From NCBI RefSeq assembly GCF_009914755.1, contig NC_060931.1: a DNA stretch of 64,000 bases; one strand, written 5' to 3'. Both the position numbers and the translations under genes were made by a program. Shown in pieces: positions 1 to 11,180 of the stretch; positions within the stretch are counted from its first letter, which is position 1, and each line of letters opens with the position of its first letter. Origin of the DNA: the human T2T-CHM13v2.0 reference genome, Homo sapiens. Below the pieces are notes generated by a model that worked only from the letters and a program-made list of their open reading frames with translations, was not told where the DNA came from and ran no database searches.

Positions 1-1370
1 AAAAAAAAAAATACCCAAGGCAAATAGAAAAGCTTTAAAAAGGGAGCTAGAAAAGAAAAAGACAGAATGGACAGATATAAAAACCAAACACAATGCAAAC
101 AAAATAAAAGCAATGGTAGCAATGATAGTCAAGTGTCACTTAAAGCAAAGAAACAATAATCCAAATACTAAAAAGCATTGATAAAAGCATAATTGATAAT
201 GAATAAAAACAGTATTATCCTCCAAACAGCAAAGTATCAAAATACAAAGAGCTAAAATTAGAAGCAAGTTTAATAAAAAGTTTACACTTCAATAAAAAGT
301 TTACATTAAAAACAAACACTATGAGAGTCTCAAGGAGAAAACGAGGAAAACTAGTTGTTGCAGATGTTGGTCTATTATGTAGGACAAAGAAATAAAATTG
401 GAATGAGTAATGAGAAGGCATTAATTGATATTTATGAAAAACAGGCATTTGCAAATATTTATAAACATTTGCAAAATTATTATTTTTTAAAAATACTAAA
501 CCACAAAGAAGAGTAGTGCATTTTACAAAAATGCAAAGATCTCTGGAGTTGCAGAACACGGCCCCAAGGAAAAACCTGTTACATGCTGCCTCCTCCCAGC
601 CTGCATGCAGCTGCAGACAGGACCCCAAATGTCCAGCACTGAGACAGGGACCGTAGGCCAATGTGCCAAGGGGCTCCATGCTACATCCAAATAAAGAAAA
701 CCAGAAATTAGGAACATGTGTTTAAAAAAAAAAAAAAAAAAAAAAAAACGAAGGCACTTGAAAATTAAAAACAAGCTCTGGCCTAAATAAGTGGTTCAAG
801 GAGGAAATAAAGATACAATACAGTCCTAGACAATTAGGACAATGCACACCCCCATGTGTCAAGACAAATAAAATGAAGCAAGAGAAATAAAAGAAGAAAA
901 ACTCATGCCATGAAATGCATATTTTATAAAGACAAAATAAATGAACACCAACCCATCCATCTTGAACCAGAAAGAGGGAAATATACAGTCAAAAATCGGA
1001 AAGCAAAGCATGACAAAATTGAAATCCAAGAAATATAATAAAAGACAAATCTCTTAAATGTATAGTCAAAAAAACATACAAAATTTTAAACAATGAAATA
1101 CAATGATTTTTAATCACACAGTAATTTTTATGCACACCAGTAAAGAAATAAATTTTGAACATTACTGAAATTTTAATTTTTACAAAAAAAAAAACCCAAA
1201 TCAGAATCATCTAAAGTAAAAACACTTAAAATATAAACAGTGAAGATGAAACTGAGTAAAACCCAAACTCCACCCACCTACCAATATAAAGAAAGTGAAT
1301 GGACTTGGATGGAAGAACCAATCAATGACCATAATTTGTCAAGGGAAGGAAAGAAAGATTCTGAAGCACC
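1..1370 (+). mobile_element. Old, degenerate L1 (L1M-type) ORF2 endonuclease-region fragment
   Basis: A-rich; aaagcaatggtagcaatgatagtc...cttaaagcaaag resembles the L1 ORF2 KAGVAILISDKIDFK segment; heavily mutated. Confidence 0.55.
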
Positions 1371-1424
1371 TGTTAATAACAGGCACTTGGCTCAGTGCTT
1401 TTTATGTATTTGTCTATGTGTAAA

Positions 1425-1438
1425 CACACGCGCACGCG

Positions 1439-1497
<59 letters not shown>
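1425..1497. repeat. Compound (CG)n/(CA)n microsatellite
   Basis: cacacgcgcacgcgcgcgcgcgcacacaca... seen directly. Confidence 0.95.
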
Positions 1498-1498
<1 letters not shown>

Positions 1499-1629
1499 GC
1501 ATCCATTCCCACTGATCACAACAAGAAAATGAAGTGCTGAGATGAAGGCCAAGGGCTGGTGATGGGACTCAATGAAGGAGACGAAGCTCAGTGCAGGAGT
1601 CCATGCTCTTAACCAGGATCCTACAAGTC

Positions 1630-1820
1630 CTAGGGTTTTCAAATGATGGTCCCCGGACATACAGCATGGGCATCACCCGGGTGCTTGTTAACACACAAAT
1701 TCTGGAGCCCAGACCCTGACCTACTAAACCAGAAACTCAGTGGAGGGGGTGTGGTCCCATAACATGTGTTTCTGCAAGCCCTTGCATGATTCTACTGCTG
1801 ACATAGTCCCAACTACTGGA
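1630..1820. mobile_element. MER5A-like hAT-Charlie MITE
   Basis: ggttttcaaa..tggtccccggac..cagcat..gcatcacccgggtgcttgtta...aaattct...cctactaaaccagaaactc matches the MER5A consensus. Confidence 0.75.
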
Positions 1821-3564
1821 CTGCATATTACATCACTAGGGGGAAAGGGGAAGACTCTGCATGCCCAGGCTGCATCCCAGACCAAGGAAAATGAATCTCG
1901 GGGATGGGGAGGGGGTGGGGGGTAATAGTGTTAAAAGCTCCTCAGCTGTTTCCAAAGGTAAGCACCACCACTCTTTTCTTTAAATTACTGTTGGTTTCTA
2001 TGATGTCTGCAGGGGGAAAATATTGGGGAAAAAATTCAGTAACGCTTTGAAGAATCATATCTCACTTCCTGGGGGCTGGGAAGGGGGAAACTGCTGCTAC
2101 TACACTGCTTGAAGTAAAAACTATACTCGGTTCCTCAAAATGCCCTAACTGAATCCTAAGTACTAGATCCCTAACTAAAAGCTGTACCTGTTCTGCTTCC
2201 TGCCTTTAAAAAAAATAATAACTCTTGGGTTTTTTGGCATATGCAAATACAAAGAATGCCTTTTAGAACACCAATTTCCGCTTTTCTTCCACAATGCATT
2301 GATGGGAGAAGGGGGAGAAGGGACAGATTCAAGAGCTATTTTAATTATCTGCAGCAAAGCATGACCTCATTGCTTCCAACTGCACATTATTAGGTACAAG
2401 GGTCTATATGTGACCATAGGTATGAGGATGACCTTTGATTTTTTATTCTCAGCAGTTTGAAAAAGACTTGTGTGGCATATTCTATTCAAGCATCTACAGT
2501 TCCTTCCACTTCAGTAGTCTGGTCAGCCTCCCGACAGAAAAGAGTAAATTTTTTAAATCAATACATGATCTTGAATCTGTTTCAATGGCTTTGAAACGTA
2601 AGCGTGGGTCAGATCACGCAGTGCTGCGAAGCACAGCACCACTTTACGGTGGCCACATCCCTACTGTCATTTGTGGGAAGCATCAAGTCCCCTCAAGAAA
2701 CCTGTGCAGACACACTAGCAGCATCCCCACTCAACCGATGAGAAAGAATCCAAGTAACTTGGCCAGCAGTTACTCCTGTTGCACAGCTGCATAGTTAATT
2801 TGAGATATGCTCTCCGCAAATCCAGAGCCTGAGTCCTGAAGGGGACAGCACAGAACCCCAACAGCAAGATCCTACTCAGGAGAACCAGGAGAGGCCGACA
2901 CCAGAAACTAATTTTCACTTTCTAGGCACCCTCACCACTAGCACTGGTGTCAGAGAGAAGGTCTTCCCTTTTGCCGTGCTGTGGTCCACACACAGACATG
3001 AATGCCCAGGGCAGGACTGTTAATGCAGTGATCCAACTGATCTGAGACCCAGAAAGTCAACAGAAAACTTGAGCAAAGGTAACCACAGAAAACAGCCTAG
3101 GCTATCCACAGGCAGGAGGTCCTCGAATCCCTCCATCCTAAAAGCCTCACCAGAGGAAAACACCAATTTTCTAGCCCTGAAAAGAGGTGGGGTGATGAAG
3201 GCCACCTCCACATGCAGCCTTCTCAAGCCGCATTCACCGAGAGTGGATACCCCTGCTCTGTGGTAGGCATGTGCAGAGAAGAGGAACCCATGTGCACAAT
3301 GAAGTCTAGACACACTGTGGAACAGGTCAGAGTACTGCCTCAATCGTAGAGATTAGGACGCAGGCGCTGCAACACCACGACCACAGGACTTCATGGAAAA
3401 GAAAAGAAACCGCGTAGAACCATCACAGGCCGGCAGGCTGGAGTCAAAGAAAAGGACGGCAGGGAGGGAGCAGTATCAGGTGCTCCAGAGATCAAAGCAT
3501 CCTACCTTTATGCACCCTGGGAATATTGGCATGGAGAAGGATGGGGAGAGAAGAATAAACATTA

Positions 3565-4388
3565 CACAGCTGAGCACTGAACAAGGTAGGAGTTGGAGCA
3601 CGAACATCCCATGCAGTTAAAAGTTCATGTATAATTTTTTACTCCCCAAAAACTTACCTACTAATGACCTACTGTTGACTAGAAGCTTTATCAATAACAG
3701 AAAGTCATTAACGCACATGTTGTATGTCATATAGTTATTACATACTGTATTCTTAGAATAAAGTAAGCTCTTTGGGAGCACTTCCAGTTTCACTAGTATG
3801 GGTCCCCTGTGTTATTCAAAGTTTACGGTATTGCATTAAACATGAAAAATACACAAGACCCACGAGAGGTCACTTTTTAATGCAATGAGCAATTTACTGG
3901 GATGGGAGCTTCTCACATGGAGATGATTAGCATCACATGGCATTTAAAGCGTATACTTGCAACATTTGAGCTCACAGCAACAGTGGAATTATTACAGTAG
4001 TACAGTAATTTTCATAACTATGAAATTAAGTGCAGTATGTACTACAGTTAATTCTATGCAGTGATGATTTCATACAGCACCTTCATGGGTTTTTTTACAT
4101 TTCTGTCAACAAATGGCTCCATGTATGGTCTGTGTTTGTGTAAGTTTTGACAAACTTTAACTTTTTTATGATTTGTATATATTTTAGAGTAACAGCCTAG
4201 TCTTCTACATATATTTTATGCATTCATGACATAGCCTTTTCTTAATTTTTTTGGTATTTCTCGGCTATGCTGTAAGATTTTTCAAACTGTTGCAAATCTC
4301 AAAAAAATTTTCTAGTAATTACTGAAAAAAACTCCACATATAAATAGACTCACACAGTTCAAATCCATGTTGTTCAAGAGTCAACTGT
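3565..4388 (-). mobile_element. Tigger2-family non-autonomous DNA transposon (Tigger2a/2b-like)
   Basis: TIR-like ends cagctgagcactgaacaa... and ...ttgttcaagagtcaactgta; internal ctccccaaaaacttacctactaatgacctactgttgac is typical of Tigger2. Confidence 0.75.
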
Positions 4389-5294
4389 AATTTTAAATTT
4401 GCAATGCGTATTACTTAAATATAGATTTAAAATTGGGTTCCTTTTAAAAGAACTTATTGTTCTCTGATATATTAATATTTTTCTAAATTCATTAAAGATT
4501 TGTTTCTACCTTTGGAATCCTTGATACTTGAATTTTACAAATTCTTACAAATTACCGAATGCCTTTGGGTGTCTTCCAAGGAATAGATCTTTGTACATTT
4601 AAACTATAAAAAGAGAAACAAAAATTAAGACACCAAATCAATTAAGACAAAGAGGGGAACAATTGCCATGACAACACATTACCAACTATAACCCCCACTG
4701 GTCCGGAAGCACTGTCTTCCTTTGGGAATAGATAAAGCCAACGGGAAGGAAAAGCAAAACCACTCAGATCTGTCTTTGCCGCCTAAAAATAGTGAATTTC
4801 ATAACTGTTGGGAAAACGGCTAGAACTTTATCCGAAAAATAAAAGATGCTCTATAAAACAGCCCTTGGATTTAAACACTTTATAAACTAAATGCGCTCCA
4901 AAGTCATTCCAATCAATATTAGATGGTAAACCATTTGTCCCTATAATAAAACCCAAATAACTCACAGAAGACATCTTTTTACCTAAAGAAAACTTTTTAA
5001 AGGCCTCAAAAAGTTAATCACTCTTTCTAAACGCTAAAGTAGTTAATCACACTTTCTAGATGCTAAAGTAAACTCTCTGGCTAAATTAGGAAATACTGAA
5101 GATAGTGGCATCAGATCTTAATCTCATTCTTTTGGCAAATCTTGAACAAGGCCTGGGATTTGCTCTCTTCCCAATTAGGCCCCAGAGTCCAGTATCTGAG
5201 CTGTAAGGACGCTGTCCTGGGTGCCACTGAGAGTAGGATGTGGCAGTGTGAAACCATACAAGCTCCACAGGCAGCCTGGTTTCTTCATAATCTG

Positions 5295-5625
5295 TACAGA
5301 TGGTTCCCAACTTGACAATGGTTCAACTCAGGATTTTTCATCTTTATGATGAGTTGATGAGGATGTAAACCCATTTTTAGTTAAGAATCTCCTTACAACT
5401 TACCATTGGGTTATAGTTTCTACTGAACACTTGTCGATTTCACACCATCCAAAAGCCAAAAACACAAAGCATTATTAGATCAAAAATTAAAATTAAAACA
5501 GTCAAACCGTCATTAAATCAGGCACCATGTACCGTGTTGCCAGCACTGAATGCATTTTCAACTTACGACATTTGTGTCTTATGATGGGTTTATCAGAATG
5601 GAACCCTGTAAACCAAGGAGTGATT
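5295..5625 (-). mobile_element. MER47/Tigger5-family MITE
   Basis: tacagatggttcccaacttg...; gcattttcaacttacgac...atgatgggtttatcag resemble MER47 termini. Confidence 0.65.
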
Positions 5626-7062
5626 TATTTTCTTTTATACCTAAGACCGGGATTCTAATGAAATAAGGGAGGAGCGGGCACCCTCTGGTGACACTGCCAG
5701 ACCCAGGAACTGTGTGGACTCCTGTGAGGGCCTTTCCTCAGCAGCACCAAAGAGGATAATGGCAATCACCAAAAACTACCTGCAGACCCTCCCTGCTGTG
5801 CTGCAAATCTTCATTCACCCTCAGCTACTCACTTTCTCCACAAAAGAGGCTTTTTGCCTACTGCCCTAAACCTCCCATCCCCACCCTTTTCAGTGCAGCA
5901 TCCCCAAACCCCTTCCTGCAGAACACCCATATCACTTCAGGGCCTGCACACCACCCAGTCTCTGCCCGCCGGGCCTCCAGTCCCCAGGGCTCCCCTGGCC
6001 TGTCCCTGCGTGAGCCATTCTGTGCTCTCGCCTCAATTCATGACCTCTTCCTGCCCATGTCCTCCCTCCCTTGGGTCCATGAACATTTGTGTGCATTTCC
6101 CACTTCAGGAGGGAAGGAAGGGAGGAAGCAAAGTGACATTTCTCTTAAGCATGTCCTCCTCTAGCTCTAGCCCTTTCTCTCTCTGCATCCCTCTGCAAGT
6201 GTTGACAAAGCATGTTCGAAACCCGCTGCCTCCTACCCCTCAAATCAGCAGTCTCTCCAAAGCCCCAGTTTCTGCAGCGAAATTCTCTCTAAACTTATTT
6301 GAATCATTAGGAGTTTCCATCATGGTCTCTTCTCACTCTCACAGTCATGGTCGCTGCTGGTGGGCACTACAATGAGGAAGCCAGGCTAAGGAGAGACACA
6401 CGACCTATCCCTGAGCCATGAGCCCAGGCGCGGTAGCTGAACCTGGCCTGGGGCTGGGATTCCTGCTTTTGAGGAGGAAACCCGCGAAGCAGAGCAGGTC
6501 CCCACCGTTCCCTCCAAATCCACAAAACAAAGGCGCTTACAGTCAAACAAGTTCAGGTTTTCTATAAAGTCAAATGTTTTCCTTTCTTCCAGTGCTTCTT
6601 TGAGCCTTTAATCTAGCAAGGCAGCTCTCTCAAGAGGAAAAGTGGGGTGAAGCATTTTCAAAGATGGTTTTACCCTCTCTCCAACCCTTTGGGATTTTTC
6701 TCCCTCCACCCCGCTTCTCCATTTCACCCCCAGAGCTGACTGGGCAGACACCCACCACGCTCACTGTTGAGGGCTCTGCTCCAACGCTGAGAGAAATGGC
6801 ATGCAAGCATGGAGCAGGGCAGCTCCATGGGACCCCAGCTTCTCTGCTGAAAACAGGCCGCCTGGGAGGAGAGAAGCTGAGAAACCAGTCAGCAGAATCC
6901 TGCACCCAGGCCTTGATGGATGCTCAGGAGAGAAGTGGTGCATTCTGAATCTAGCAGGTGGGACACGTGAAAGAAAAGCGGAGTGGAGACCTCGGGCCTG
7001 GGCAAGTAGAAGGAGGGCGTCTCCAGACATCGAGATAGGAAAGGCGTGGGAGATGATGAATG

Positions 7063-7238
7063 GGCAGGATGCATGTGTGCAGATAGGAAATTCTAGAAGG
7101 CAAGATGCATGCACAGGTGGGATTCCAGAAGGCAGGAAGCATACCTGCAGGTAGGAAATCACAGAAGGCAGGACACATGCGTGCAGGTGGCAAATTCTAG
7201 AAGGCAGGACGCATGCGTGCAGGTGGGAAATTCCAGAG
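7063..7238. repeat. Minisatellite, ~36-bp unit x5 (GGCAGGAYGCATGYGTGCAGGTRGGAAATTCYAGAA)
   Basis: Units start at 7063, 7099, 7131, 7167 and 7203. Confidence 0.9.
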
Positions 7239-8258
7239 GATAGGATTGTTCTCATCCCCGCCTGATGATGCTGGTGACACTGTTATTTCAGGATGGGGAG
7301 GGAGTGGATCTGCTCTAATAACTGAACGTAATCACTCACCCCCCGCCCCATCTTTAACGGGGTCCTGTGGTTTCGGATTAATTAAGGAAGCCCTAGGTAG
7401 GGGTTTTCCTCCTCTCTGCCTAGCACCCTGGAGGAGGCCCCGTGGCCCATGACGGAGTAGCCATGTGCTGGTGTTAGAGATGGACATCAGACAGTGCACA
7501 CCTACCTGCTATAGGCCAAGTGCCATGCAGATGGACACGAGTGGGCACCACAACAGCCAGGGAGAGCGTCACGGCAGATGTGAGAGCTGAGCTCGGGAAA
7601 GTGTTGGAAATTAGGAGTGGAGAAAGGAGGTAGGAGAAACAGCATAACAAAACCAGAGGCAAAGGCACACACAACAGGCTGGGAGAATGCGGAGAAAATC
7701 AGGGTACCAGGGATGGGGTCGGGTAAAAACAAGCCTTTGTGGAACATTTATAATGGGCCAGGTTCTCAGCTAAGCGCTGACTTCCATTTTCCTTCTCATT
7801 CTTCCTAACAATACCCCGAGTGTCACTGAGGAGGAGCCTGGAGTTCAGGAATGTAAGCAACCCCAGTGTTTAGCTGCTGTGGCGGGGACCGAGGCCTTTG
7901 GACCCCATAGTGCTCCAGGAATAGGGACCAGTTGGGGTAAAGGGCAATGATATCCATCTTGACCACAAAGACTCTGAAGTAAAACAATCGAATTTCATGG
8001 AGAGAGTGAGACCCACGTGTGCAAAATGTAATTTCTCTAATCCTCAAAACAGGGAAAAGCTACCAGGACATTTATTTCCAAAAGGCCATAAGAAATCAGA
8101 ACCTCTACTTTATAAAGAGGTGCTACATTAAAAGACATATTAAATAAAAACTCTTGTTCTCTCACCTGTAAAAGGGTGGAATGGGTCTAGACTCTACAAT
8201 CTAGAGGATGCCACAATTTGTCAAACTCAAATGGTCTAGATGTTTACAAACACGTTAG

Positions 8259-8638
<380 letters not shown>

Positions 8639-10489
8639 TAATTGTGAGATGGAATTTTAAATAATTTTGCTTTGATAAAAGTAGATTTTTTTCTACTCTG
8701 GCCACACTCATCCTATATTACCAGAGCTTCTATAAATAATCTCCAGGAGTTCTTCTTAGAAACTTTGTATAATTTGTGGAATTTGTCATTTTCAAAGCAT
8801 TTTTCTTCCATTGGTTCTAAACACTGCAATAACTAGGTAATCATCTTCTAATGCAATCATCTACATCAATCATGCACACTCTGGACCCCCAGTCATCAAC
8901 TCGTTGGTCTATGAAGTAATCCATCAAAATAACCATTAACAGTATAAAGAGAGGGCACCTTTGAAATGTTACCCTCTTCTCTCCTCCATCCCGTCTTTGG
9001 GCCCACAGCTCTATTACTTCTGAAAGCATGAAATGCTTTAAATGTAGGTATTCAAGCACAGTTTGTACTTATCATAAATCTTATTGCATGTTATTACATT
9101 CCTCCATCTTCCTTTAATTGAAACTGTAACTTAAAAAAAATTAATCTTCTTTTCAACTTAGGACAGACTGTAACAGCCTGTTGATCCTGCTACTCCCTTG
9201 GTGAGATTGCTGCCAGGCTGGCCCCACTCTCCCAGGTGGGGGCAAAGAAAAAAGGAGAACCTATTTCGTGAAGACAGTTGGAATGTCTGGCCTGCAGATT
9301 GTCTACAGAAGCACAGAGGAGCCCTCCGGCAGCTCTCCGTGGGAAAGCACCCTAAAACCAGCTCCCTCTCAACCTCAGGAACTGAATTCTCTTGGGAGCT
9401 GCCAAGGCAGCAAGTTCTTTGCAAATTTTATCTTCTTTTTTTAATCATAAATTTCAAGGATGATCATAAGCAACATCTTGGTCGACTCTGCTCTCACCAC
9501 TCATATATAAAACCTTTCTGAAAAGTTGAGTTAACTTTGAATGCTGGACAAAGACCAAAATAAATAAAATGAAAGGGGCTTTCCTGCACCGTTTCTTGTC
9601 TTCCACCTAAGCAGGTGCGCACGCGGAGATATCCAACGGTTGCCATTCACCCTCCATTTCAGGGCAATCCTGTTCAATAGAAGCTCCAATGATCACAGCA
9701 CACGTTGAGCCTGCCGAGAGTCTCTCTTGGGGCAAGACATCTAGAAGTGCTAGGGAACGCAGTCCCACAATTCCAATAACCAACTGCAGACAGAACTATA
9801 TAGATGAGTATCACGCTTAGGTTTCCCACGCCCACCCCCATCTGTGAAGTCAAACAGCCTGTTGTCAATACCAGAAGAGACAAGTTTGTACATCACAAAA
9901 GACAAGCAAGTCCCCAATCTAATTATGCCAGCCACTTTAGAAGGAGAGCAAAGACAGCAGACACTCTGGGCAATGAATTACCCTAAGTCTCAGCATCAAG
10001 CCTGCACTCATCTCCTGGGTCCCCAGATAACTCACCACTGGTCAGAAGGATGGATGGGCCCTTCCAAATCACAGCCTGGGCTGTCTGAGGACAGCTCTCC
10101 CAGGAATCATCTCTACCCACCTAGGACGTGAGTGGAGTCAATAAATAAGGGTATGCTCTGAGGGTCCACAGTGGCTTGCTTGGCCCCCAAGCCTGCAAAT
10201 CAGACTCGCCAAGAATGAATGAAGGCATTGACCCACAGGGACCGAGAGCTCACTGACCAACAAGAGAGACGCCATGTCCCAGCCTCGACTTGCCTTGGAC
10301 ACTGCCCTCCTCACCACTCCTACCCCTCTGTATCAGGCCAGAGCTCAGACTCCAGGTAGACCCACAGCCATGTCCAAACCAGACACCCAAGACCTCAGCA
10401 GGAAGAAATCCAATCCAAAAAGAAGGAAAAAAGGAAGGACACTGCTTTCCTAGAAGCCTAGAAAGAGGCTCAGATACAGAAAGAAAGCA

Positions 10490-10920
10490 ATCTATAGAAG
10501 CTGTGTCTGAAACAGCAAAAACCTGGAAACAAGCCAAATGCCCATCAAGAAGTGGATGAATGAGCCAACTGTGATGCATCTATACAATGGAACACTACTC
10601 AGCATTAAAAAGGAGTGAAATATTGATAGACGAATCTCAAAATAAATAGCCAGGGGCCAGATAAAATAAATTGATTCCTTTATGCAACACTCTAGGAAAT
10701 GCAAGCAATCTATACTGAGAGAAAACAGACCAGTGAAAGGGTGGGAAGGAAGAACTGCAAAGGGGCACTGGGAAGTGTGGGAAGTGATGAATATTTTCAT
10801 TACCTTGGTTACTTGATGATGGTTTCACATATGTCAAAATGCATCCGTTTGCACATTTTAAATATGTGCAGTTTTCTGTGCTCAATGTATTGTATCTAAA
10901 TTGAGCTGGTTAAAAAAAGA
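10490..10920 (+). mobile_element. L1M (L1MB/MC-like) 3' end fragment
   Basis: aacagcaaaaacctggaaacaagccaaatgcccatcaa...caatggaacactactcagcattaaaaagga is typical of an L1 3' end. Confidence 0.75.
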
Positions 10921-10979
10921 ATGAAAACAATTTGGGGGCAGGTGGATAGCAAGGAATTTGGTGACCAAGAACAAGTGGA

Positions 10980-11180
10980 GTGATTCTCCTTATTTGTGGT
11001 ATAGTTAAGGGCTTTAAAGTCACCTCAAACACTGAATTAGTGAATGGTGAGTCTTTGGCCCTAGGGGAAATACAGAGTTAGGTTTCTATGAGCCAGTCAC
11101 ATTTTCATCAACCAATCAATATGTAACCTCTTTTTATGTGTTTCTGTTTAAAGACACTTTACTTAAATATACTGTTGAGG
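10980..11180 (+). mobile_element. MER82-like (TcMar-Tigger) fragment
   Basis: tgattctccttatttgtgg...aacactgaattagtgaat...ctaggggaaatacagagttaggtt matches the MER82 5' part. Confidence 0.7.

Noticed and set aside
215-774. 154-aa and 83-aa minus-strand ORFs
   Set aside because: Antisense of an A-rich degenerate L1 and a poly-A tract; F/L-rich composition and no splice or coding signature.
5012-5069. Small two-copy tandem duplications (29 bp here; also ~270-310, ~25631-25670, ~26385-26445)
   Set aside because: Ordinary slippage duplications with no further structure.
6761-7255. Repeat array as a CRISPR-like array or repetitive protein (HLHACVLPS repeats)
   Set aside because: Head-to-tail units with no unique spacers, in human DNA; the peptide periodicity simply reflects the 36-bp minisatellite.
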